Assembly (NCBI GenBank): GCA_964653605.1
Contig: CAZZGW010000001.1
Location: 67,964-108,888, forward strand
Origin: Candidatus Woesearchaeota archaeon
GTDB taxonomy: Archaea > Nanobdellota > Nanobdellia > Pacearchaeales > GW2011-AR1
Direction of reading: 5' to 3'
DNA length: 40,925 nucleotides
In this document: one piece after another, positions 24,701 through 30,713 of the stretch
Numbering within the stretch: position 1 is the stretch's first letter
Layout of the letters: each line of letters starts with the position of its first letter
The notes under the pieces: generated by a model
Told to the model about the DNA's origin: nothing
Seen by the model: only the letters and a program-made list of their open reading frames with translations
Database searches by the model: none
Translations under genes and position numbers: made by a program

Positions 24701-27700
24701 GCGATGATGAATTTAATGATGTTTTATTGAGTGTAGATGATGCTGAAGAGGGGGAAGCCAAACTTAGGATTTTAACAAATATCTTAGAAAGAATCTTTTG
24801 GAATAACCAAAAAGCAATTGTACATTTTAAGAGAGGAGAAGTTTTTGCAAGTATGGTAAATGCAGAGAAGTGCCCTTATTACTGTTGGGGGGAACAAAAG
24901 GGAGCCCAAGCAAACGAATATGTTGATGGAAAGTTGTATTATGGGATTTATAGGCCTAATTCAGATAAATGTTCTCGTAGTGATGAAATTGCAGAAGACT
25001 GTGAAAAAGGATGCCATGATCCAGATGGATATGGTCAGGGAGACCCTGCTATCTGTTTGAATGATGTTCCTCTTTCTGTAGAAGATGTTAAGGATTTAGA
25101 AAATAAAGATTCTTCTGAGTTTGAATTTAATTCTGGAGGAATAAATCCATTTAGAACTTATTGTTATGCGTTTGTTGCGGGAGAAGGATGGTTTTGGATT
25201 AATAAAAAATGTGGGTTCGCTGTTATTGGAGAAGAGGATTCTGAGTGGAAGAGTGTTGGAGAGGCTGGGGAGGCAAAAGGAGTTCACTATGATGTCACAT
25301 ATAGTTTGAATGGTAAGGGTTATTGGGGTGGTTTAGTTACTTTAATGAATGGTCTTAAAAGTGGGAAAACTGGAAGAAATGCAAAGATAACTGCAATGGA
25401 ATCTAAAACTGAAATTACGCATGGGTCAGTTGGTGATTCTGCTATTGTTACTTTCAAATTTGTAGCCCCTAAAGTTGCTGGAGAGAGGTTCTTTTCCAAT
25501 GAAGATAGTAATTTTTATTCTTCTTCTACAAATGGTTGGACTTACTTCTTTGGGCATAAAGAGCTTGATAATGGAAGAAGCTTTTATTCTGGAGTTGAAT
25601 GGGGAGAATTTGCTGCTGGAACTGGTTTGTCCCTACAATATTTTGATTTTGCTAATTGGTTTTTTACTAAGAACAATAAAGAAGGAATTTTAATTTTAAT
25701 TGGAGATTTGCCTGTTGACTATGAGGCATCTGAAATAGACATTAATGAGGAAGGAGTTAAAGATTATTGTAGTATATTAATGGGAGAATGTAAGAATTCT
25801 CTTGATTGTATGGGACCAATTTTTGAGAAAATTGTTACTCCTGATTGTGAAGACCTTGGAGAGATTTGTTGTGTTGATGGAGTTCCTCCCGGAATGGATG
25901 TTTTTGGTTATTGTGGGATGTTGGATGGAGAATGTTTGGGTTCTTCTGAGTGTGTAGGTCCTGTTTATGAAGGAATTGCTACTCCTGATTGTGAAGATGT
26001 TGGGGGTGTGTGTTGTGTTTCAATTGCAAGCATCCCCGGGGAAGACCCCGTGTCTGGGGAATGCAGTGATTGTAAATCAGGCTTCTGGGATATATGTGCT
26101 GAAGAGGAATGTTTAGAGATTGAACAGAAAACAGGAAGAGATTGCGTTTTTGCTAAGAATACTTTTGGTATTGGGGGTGTTTGTTCTGAAAAAGGGGAAG
26201 AGCCCCAAGAAGAGGTAGATGCTCCAACAGAGTGTAGTGATTGTAAAGATAATTATTTTGAAAAATGTACCCAAGAAGAATGCTCTGAAATTGGAATGCA
26301 GTTGAATAAAAATTGTGTTTATAAAAGAGCATTGGGGATATTTGGAAATTGTGTTGAGGAGGAGTTGAAAGTAATTGTTTGTCCAGAGGATTTAGATTCA
26401 GATGAGATTGAACCTGGAGATAAAGTTATTTGCGATGTTGTTCCGGCAGAAGAAGCTGAAGATGTTAGTGATAGTGCTAAATTTATTATCCCTTCTGGAA
26501 TTGATCCAGGAGAGATTGTTTGGTATGAAATCCCAGATGTTAGGGGAGACGAATATAATAGGGACGCTATAGTTTTTGAAATTCCAGACATTATTGAAGT
26601 CGGAACAGAAATAGAAGCAGAGATTGTAGAGATTGCAGAGGTTAAAGAATTTGAAGATGATTTTATTGGTTTGCCTTGCGGAGAGATGGGGGCTTTTGGG
26701 CAATGTATTTCTATTGATTCTGAAAGAGATCCTTTGGGGCTTAATTCTTGCGAGGGGAATGTTAGAAAGTTAGATTGTCCTGGGGGAAGTAATATTAGGT
26801 GTTGCATTCTAGATAGTCAGTTTGTTGGAGATCCTTGCGGTTTGGATGGAACTTGTCTAGATAGAAATTTTCTAGGAACTTCTTGTGATGGAGATTGGCA
26901 AACTGGTCTTTGTGGGGGGACAAGTGCTATTCAATGTTGTGTTCCAGAATCTCTTCCTCCTGATCCAAATCCTGATGAGAATTTAGAAAAAAAGATAGTT
27001 TGTAATGATTTTAGTGATGGGGACGGATGGACTTTAGAAAGAGGATGCGATATAAAAGTTCCTGATGCTAACGATCTTGAAAATAAAATCATTTGTCCTG
27101 TTCCGCCTGTAAGAGTTTACGAACAGATTAATTGTAAAGTCCCAGATGAAAGTGAAGAAAAACCTTTTTGGTGTAATATAATTGGAAGTTCAAATAATCC
27201 TAGTGAAGCAGATTGTTATGTCCATGGAGGGGAGAATTTAGGCCCTACCACAAACGTGAGAGTTTTGGAAGAAGTAGAACAACAGGATGGAGAAATTGTG
27301 CCTGGAACAACTTTTGCAACATATGAAGAAGGGGGAGTTCTTGCTAAGAAAAATGCTCACTGTGCCACTGCTATATATAATCTCCTTGGAGAAGCAGGGT
27401 GTGGAACTTCAGGAGCTGTTTATGGGGTTCCTAGTGGAGATAATTTTAATATTTATAGGGGAAGTATTCTTTCTGTTCTAGTAGGTTCTGGAGATGGTTG
27501 GAGGTGCACAACATCTGCTAGAAGTTCTAATAAAGTTTATGGGGTTGTTTTAAATGAATTGGTTCCCGGACAGTATTTAGATGTTGTCTTTGACACTAAT
27601 AATGCAGGGGAAACAATATGCCACACACTTATTTTTATGGGCTGGGAAGATAGAGATAATTATAGGGCAGTAATTTTTGACTGGATAGGCGGCAACTTAA

Positions 27701-27861
27701 ATTTGGGCACTGGGGGATGTACTTCTGATGATGCAGAAGGAGGGGTTTGTCATACGTATGGCTATGAAATAGTTAGTTTAAGAGAAAGTGCCATCTCCGG
27801 AGAAACTAATTATCCTATATACAGAGTTATGAGGCCCGTTGTTGATGATCAATTTACTTAG
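18778..27861 (+). CDS. giant secreted cysteine-rich protein (3027 aa), unknown function, C-terminal putative papain-fold hydrolase domain
   Basis: A 9084-nt open frame without interruption in an AT-rich genome cannot plausibly be chance. It has a Sec-type signal peptide (MNKNLKLIFVFAFVFLFVISFGSA/YT) and I see no later TM segment. The start overlaps the upstream stop (ATGA). Internal Cys-rich repeats and a C-terminal Cys/His/Asp pattern are described in the findings. Confidence 0.9.
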   Translation: MNKNLKLIFVFAFVFLFVISFGSAYTKSYPDIMQYVATGGVGAFAQNSLAFDKSMCETGTDFLLQIVPFSCEPNPIRSDLLEEEDVAVYCQIAATQINPLIDVETIKSMKIVPDRSFGGGVVKNIAYYPSQAALGRIPSGVVNNPMLENLGYVVIIVGKNANESAMPDFVEGNLTATLRYDIQGAFGIGKSEFYLPVLSDSEFQDRYLQYGFWDGRGYLRAEGVGDHEARISIYSDAEVTTGFPSRSEGRDYSQLRYSSYTVERGKESPEIYLPGLSPCMAGFKLRLNDVENPDTTARLRVNSEVVEVKQGEKFLEDKCTVLSVEHQGLHQSAEIRCIDDDGRGYTSLLSRSPGVELEFDKDKDGHLDKLEFQLGDKIYSDRNKDVFLGYVGSFDNSLAEKDMFVVLFAAPSERGIVKLDDTQLRAVARFVKHRTKDLGTGAAFVDNFVNSLSALSAVSVEGVTWLVKGEDFEILIKRGDGERFKSREIELNGFSSSGGSDYFSALDLNSNSRGYYDNAIEDFETVEDFYSEVSAADGSFDSLGEQALYEALVLASRVGETENLLTFCDEFIEYYPNSLVMPRVNLLCYDEYTISNTGDNIFEVLINGDLKEISLERVRNPTYEQYGAEIYIRGPNGKVELVKLGKDEIFFLDGFRGQVDYDSQENIPEDEEEVSSFEDIETPGLKLKIKDSKNVMYKYYKGAWYMRVWRKGLIQDHDDTIPGENFIKLETFDSGLSKVSLENRDKRIIDDLKDKDYAEGMKMLVDIVLGEDGASLGLESFSDMTHLKSDGRYVNTQGNSRDVDFRFDKSTEKWYWGSDASVLGRASWIDVSESGGDQEKFLNEDGEKNKATVLRNMGLYEGTAFLFWHDSSYNENTDDNFDYDIRVSDTGKIELGFNPESIALEDLGDDRATINFQRVENFVERNFVTDNKQLTLNKEISIGDYYVTLKDIHLEKVARVTVVPMVNNQFSNSTFPYRVAIEKRKFPMSDERINEKIETLDGRIEWLNTTAEYLETTVEIGNKVCTGVGLGLTLKNLINNMNGGSIARTSVMQGKGGWNEVCQKAMAAKEPEYSSLDDCFLEHSKEIDNDVKMYTDILKSQNDALARCEGEVKGDDGNFAERSYINQQQLVDCYLENRINDPNSGLGDTLDQLESKGYVGPDGKFYAKLAEDGVTPLGVGVDISEIDEVLSKKVDDENYAFKKNVYSVEQLKEIEYYSLALQEDPANDMARERLYSSLTDLEKNARNFNQISEVANRANIDIDKVGYTYTGDLKQQRENIYLGLTKGTYNQARNIPNVENGEPIYVSGSNHGSFMVVLADTEDSGDGSKMAVKRDDDGPLIYDLEGERIFRQKGDDNNEGTAIINAVENTVYVKRDAASYRNPYTNPRVKYFDNELTGGYPAVVPVDTVNGWYAATKSTLPVGGNIAAFDKSGVVRSFWLCNVGENGLEEYISGDDICSMINLGTGDDYTAFHNLDPSKVENLIRQATRNIEEAQSANKNSRGWVTIDRKRYQVGQPQAEIPSVQCQDLMSPKDCSLMYNFCDPFVCPSSRCDLGGKYPVRDVVQSGIFGGVVLCYPNAKWHGGDVYVPICVSAISAGVDGWLQVNKGYRDCLQHNLDTGETVGICDEMHSIYLCDFFYRQAKPILQLGITELGSALLGQNSRGGGEYMTFKNAISNAGDSIDYFKQYYAAEAYRAFKLRSVDQISINDPCGTFQSVIFPNSGEVLDSLTQARSPVQFTGKFEEMQLTTITNPPTSHYKVYYQIYAGKDSGAYYQVYLRGGSGSDYYRDTTFDRIVDSGHIAAGQSVFNTEDFQAPSGYKELCVVVNGQQECGFQQVSTSFGINYLSDLYMNQQASETDIKTEKECISGSSSMYQLLNPNLQSAAENIIDPAVYNNGLYRKCATHDPGAGVDSKAGTEDARWVKVGYCGDTSIGCWIDTDSVKDVIKHLGLEEDALNKTSENFLDELFEDGNYLSDDEFNDVLLSVDDAEEGEAKLRILTNILERIFWNNQKAIVHFKRGEVFASMVNAEKCPYYCWGEQKGAQANEYVDGKLYYGIYRPNSDKCSRSDEIAEDCEKGCHDPDGYGQGDPAICLNDVPLSVEDVKDLENKDSSEFEFNSGGINPFRTYCYAFVAGEGWFWINKKCGFAVIGEEDSEWKSVGEAGEAKGVHYDVTYSLNGKGYWGGLVTLMNGLKSGKTGRNAKITAMESKTEITHGSVGDSAIVTFKFVAPKVAGERFFSNEDSNFYSSSTNGWTYFFGHKELDNGRSFYSGVEWGEFAAGTGLSLQYFDFANWFFTKNNKEGILILIGDLPVDYEASEIDINEEGVKDYCSILMGECKNSLDCMGPIFEKIVTPDCEDLGEICCVDGVPPGMDVFGYCGMLDGECLGSSECVGPVYEGIATPDCEDVGGVCCVSIASIPGEDPVSGECSDCKSGFWDICAEEECLEIEQKTGRDCVFAKNTFGIGGVCSEKGEEPQEEVDAPTECSDCKDNYFEKCTQEECSEIGMQLNKNCVYKRALGIFGNCVEEELKVIVCPEDLDSDEIEPGDKVICDVVPAEEAEDVSDSAKFIIPSGIDPGEIVWYEIPDVRGDEYNRDAIVFEIPDIIEVGTEIEAEIVEIAEVKEFEDDFIGLPCGEMGAFGQCISIDSERDPLGLNSCEGNVRKLDCPGGSNIRCCILDSQFVGDPCGLDGTCLDRNFLGTSCDGDWQTGLCGGTSAIQCCVPESLPPDPNPDENLEKKIVCNDFSDGDGWTLERGCDIKVPDANDLENKIICPVPPVRVYEQINCKVPDESEEKPFWCNIIGSSNNPSEADCYVHGGENLGPTTNVRVLEEVEQQDGEIVPGTTFATYEEGGVLAKKNAHCATAIYNLLGEAGCGTSGAVYGVPSGDNFNIYRGSILSVLVGSGDGWRCTTSARSSNKVYGVVLNELVPGQYLDVVFDTNNAGETICHTLIFMGWEDRDNYRAVIFDWIGGNLNLGTGGCTSDDAEGGVCHTYGYEIVSLRESAISGETNYPIYRVMRPVVDDQFT
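25765..26019 (+). repeat. tandem duplicated 6-Cys module, pair 1 (within the giant CDS)
   Basis: YCSILMGECKNSLDCMGPIFEKIVTPDCEDLGEICCV aligns with YCGMLDGECLGSSECVGPVYEGIATPDCEDVGGVCCV (aa 2330-2414). Confidence 0.85.
26056..26364 (+). repeat. tandem duplicated 6-Cys module, pair 2 (within the giant CDS)
   Basis: GECSDCKSGFWDICAEEECLEIEQKTGRDCVFAKNTFGIGGVCSEKGEE aligns with TECSDCKDNYFEKCTQEECSEIGMQLNKNCVYKRALGIFGNCVEEE (aa 2427-2529). Confidence 0.85.
26671..26943 (+). repeat. tandem duplicated 6-Cys module, pair 3 (within the giant CDS)
   Basis: LPCGEMGAFGQCISIDSERDPLGLNSCEGNVRKLDCPGGSNIRCCI aligns with DPCGLDGTCLDRNFLGTSCDGDWQTGLCGGTSAIQCCV (aa 2632-2722). Confidence 0.8.
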
Positions 27862-27867
27862 CTAGAA

Positions 27868-28287
27868 TTATTTAATTCTGACGGAATCTCCGAGTTCTAG
27901 GCTTGAAATATCAAGGCCAGGGTTTAGACGAAATATGTGTCCTTCTTTTTTTCCTGTATTATAATATAAGTTTCCTAATCTTTTGAGTATATTTTCCATG
28001 TAAGCTGTATCTAGAGGGTTTATTGTGTGGTAGACTGTGTCTTTTTCTTTCATTCTTTGCGATGTTTCTTCCGAGCTCATTTTATATTTTATAACAAGTT
28101 TTCTTAACCTTTCCATTTTCATTTCTTCTTTTTCTTCAGGGTCTAATTCTCTCTTTATTGTGTCTTGGAATACTACTTTCTCAATAGTGTTTTTAACGGG
28201 GAAGTTAGTGTTTTCAATAGAATCATAATTTGGAGTACCCATGCTGGTTGCTGTTGCTAAAAGTAGTGGGATTAAGATTTTTTTCAT
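27868..28287 (-). CDS. small secreted protein (139 aa) with weak LysM-like C-terminus
   Basis: The signal peptide is MKKILIPLLLATATSMG. The C-terminus VYHTINPLDTAYMENILKRLG...IFRLNPGLDISSLELGDSVRIK loosely follows the LysM pattern (Y.V..GDT...IA......L..LN.L....L..GQ.L.IP). Its start abuts the stop of the upstream lipoprotein gene. Confidence 0.6.
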   Translation of the reverse strand: MKKILIPLLLATATSMGTPNYDSIENTNFPVKNTIEKVVFQDTIKRELDPEEKEEMKMERLRKLVIKYKMSSEETSQRMKEKDTVYHTINPLDTAYMENILKRLGNLYYNTGKKEGHIFRLNPGLDISSLELGDSVRIK

Positions 28288-29319
28288 TTATTTTAAACCG
28301 GCATCTATTTCTTGCTGGAGCATTTTTTCAAGATATGCTTTTCTTACTTTTATAGAATCCATTTGTCTTTCGTGTTCTGCGTCTAAAAGCATTCTTTTTT
28401 CCATTTCTTCTCTATATCTCATATAATCTGTTATATCTTGAGGCATTTCTGACTGTGTTGGTTGTACAGAAGTGGAATCGGCAGGTTGTGTTGGTTGTTC
28501 TGTTTCTTTTTTTCCAAAACATCCACAGTCTTCTGCATCTGTTTGGTTTTCTTCTATAATTGGTCTGAAAAAACCTTTATCATTAGCAATTATTAGTGTT
28601 TTCTTACCCTGGTCTACAGTACCTTTGGTGTTATCTGTTATTGGAATAAATACTTCTGGTAAAGAACCTTCTGGAGTGTACATTGTTACTTGTTCTAAAA
28701 CTCCAACTCCTTTAGAATTTTCTTTCCTTACAAAATAGTTTGCTTTTTCTCCATCAAAGTATAAATAATCACAACCTTCTATTTCTACTCTTGGAATTTT
28801 TTTCTTAAAACTTCCACTATTAAAATTAAAAGCATGTCCGAAAGCTTTTTTATCCCCATTTCTTTTAGCTTTTCTTAATTCTCTTGTTACTTTTGCCTTT
28901 ACTCTTCTATCAGTTATTTCTACAGCTGCTATTGATTGTCCTTTTTTAACTAGTTCTGTAGGAACATATTTTTGTCCTTCTAAGGTTGATTCTCCGGTGT
29001 TCGTATCTACTGCTTCCCAGATTCTTGCTTCTTCAAAAGGGGTCATTGTGAAGGGTAATTCTCCTCCATCCTGGTCAGTGTTTTTTACCATAAAATATTC
29101 TCTTTGTTTTCTTTTGCTTCCTTCGAATAAAACTTGCCCTTCTAATTGGTATTTGTTTTTCGTTTCACTTTGAGAATAATGATTTCCTTTAATAGATCCT
29201 TCTATATATGATCCTTTAGAATTATCTGCTTTGTTGTCAGAATTACAAGAAGTTAATGTAGGGGCTAAAGTTGCTCCTAGTAACATTGCTGTAAGTCCTA
29301 ATCTTTTTATTGTTTTCAT
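28288..29319 (-). CDS. putative lipoprotein (343 aa), unknown function
   Basis: The signal peptide carries a lipobox: MKTIKRLGLTAMLLGATLAPTLTS-C. A P/T/Q-rich linker (ETEQPTQPADSTSVQPTQSEMPQ) and a C-terminal charged helix follow. Confidence 0.7.
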   Translation of the reverse strand: MKTIKRLGLTAMLLGATLAPTLTSCNSDNKADNSKGSYIEGSIKGNHYSQSETKNKYQLEGQVLFEGSKRKQREYFMVKNTDQDGGELPFTMTPFEEARIWEAVDTNTGESTLEGQKYVPTELVKKGQSIAAVEITDRRVKAKVTRELRKAKRNGDKKAFGHAFNFNSGSFKKKIPRVEIEGCDYLYFDGEKANYFVRKENSKGVGVLEQVTMYTPEGSLPEVFIPITDNTKGTVDQGKKTLIIANDKGFFRPIIEENQTDAEDCGCFGKKETEQPTQPADSTSVQPTQSEMPQDITDYMRYREEMEKRMLLDAEHERQMDSIKVRKAYLEKMLQQEIDAGLK

Positions 29320-29384
29320 AATCTTTGATATAAGAAATACTTTATAAATCTTTCTCTTTTGTTACTTCTGAGGAATTACAACAA

Positions 29385-30668
29385 CTAGGATTTTAGTCTT
29401 TTATTGTATTCATTTGCCATATTTTCAAGCATTTTTTTCTTTATTGTCTCAGGGTTCTTTGCCCATTCTGAGTGCCCTAGGACCCATCCTAGCTTAACTA
29501 GGGCTGTTTCTGAGAGCATATCTTCTAAATAGATCATTCCTGCATTAAGGAGTTTTCTCCCTGAGCTATAAACAAAAGGGTGCAATCTTCCATATGTTGT
29601 TTGGGAGGCGGCACAGATTGTTAGGCCTTTTTTTGTTAGTTCTTGTATTTTTTTTACCCAAGAATGTTTTGATTCTGTTGCAACTTGTCCAATCCCTGCA
29701 ACTTCTACGACAATTCCTTTGAAACCTTGTTTATGGTAATAATCTAAGATTTCTGGGCCTTGCCCTGGATAGAATTTTATTAATGCTACTTTGTCTTGGA
29801 ATTTTGCATCTAATTTTAACTTATTTTTTGATTTATTGTTTAGATAATCCGGATTCATTATTTCAATTTTATCTGGCCAGACTCTTGCAATTGGGGAGTC
29901 ATTTATTGGTTTAAATGCATCTCTTCTTGAAGAATGCATTTTCTTTACTTTTGTTCCAGCAAGTGCATAGCAGAAAGTATCATTTTCTGAGGCGTGTCCA
30001 ACCAGGGTTACTTTGTTTATGTTTGAAGTTGCGACTCTTGCTGCACAAATTAAATTTAATCTTGCATCACTAGAACCTCTGTCTATTGAACGTTGGGAAT
30101 AAGTTAATGCAATTGGTTTATTTAGATTTTTTAACATAAATGAGAGTGCTGCGGAAGTATAATGAAGAAAATCTGTTCCGTGAGTTATAACAACCCCTTT
30201 AATATTAGGATCATTTAATAATTTCTCACAGGTTTTTGCAATTGTTTTCCAATCCTTTGGAGCCATATCCTCACTCCAGACCATAAAAGGATTTTCAATT
30301 TTTACAACGTTTGCAACCTCTGAAATTTCTGGATAAAATTTTAAAAATTCTTGAACATCTGTGAGGTATTTTACTCCTCCAGTTTTAGAATCATATTTTG
30401 AAGCTATTGTTCCCCCAGTAATAATCATTGCAATATTTGGTTTTTTAGGATTTTTTTTTATTTCAGATTTTTGCTTTGTTTCTTGGGCTTCCTTGAGTTT
30501 TTTTATTTCATGAATATCCTTTTTGTTAAAACCTATATTATATCCGTTTTCAAGTTTTAGCAGAATAATGCTTTTTTCTGAATCAGAGCTTTCTAATAAT
30601 GTTCCTTGATAAATTATTCTTGTTAAATGTATTTCAACAAAATCTCCTGGTTTTGCGTTTGATTTCAT
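29385..30668 (-). CDS. gatD: Glu-tRNA(Gln) amidotransferase subunit D (asparaginase-like)
   Basis: Asparaginase motifs ITGGTIAS and VITHGTDFL are present. It has the extra N-terminal domain typical of GatD and is 427 aa long. Confidence 0.85.
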   Translation of the reverse strand: MKSNAKPGDFVEIHLTRIIYQGTLLESSDSEKSIILLKLENGYNIGFNKKDIHEIKKLKEAQETKQKSEIKKNPKKPNIAMIITGGTIASKYDSKTGGVKYLTDVQEFLKFYPEISEVANVVKIENPFMVWSEDMAPKDWKTIAKTCEKLLNDPNIKGVVITHGTDFLHYTSAALSFMLKNLNKPIALTYSQRSIDRGSSDARLNLICAARVATSNINKVTLVGHASENDTFCYALAGTKVKKMHSSRRDAFKPINDSPIARVWPDKIEIMNPDYLNNKSKNKLKLDAKFQDKVALIKFYPGQGPEILDYYHKQGFKGIVVEVAGIGQVATESKHSWVKKIQELTKKGLTICAASQTTYGRLHPFVYSSGRKLLNAGMIYLEDMLSETALVKLGWVLGHSEWAKNPETIKKKMLENMANEYNKRLKS

Positions 30669-30713
30669 AAAGAATAAATGATTGTTTAGATTAAAAAGTT
30701 TTAGATGGCTTAT

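Noticed and set aside
26319-26807. 162-aa and 101-aa minus-strand ORFs (and others at 24016-24402, 19700-20062 and so on) lie inside the giant gene.
   Set aside because: All are embedded antisense in the uninterrupted 9-kb frame. They are Ser/Ile/Leu-rich and low complexity, and have no start context.
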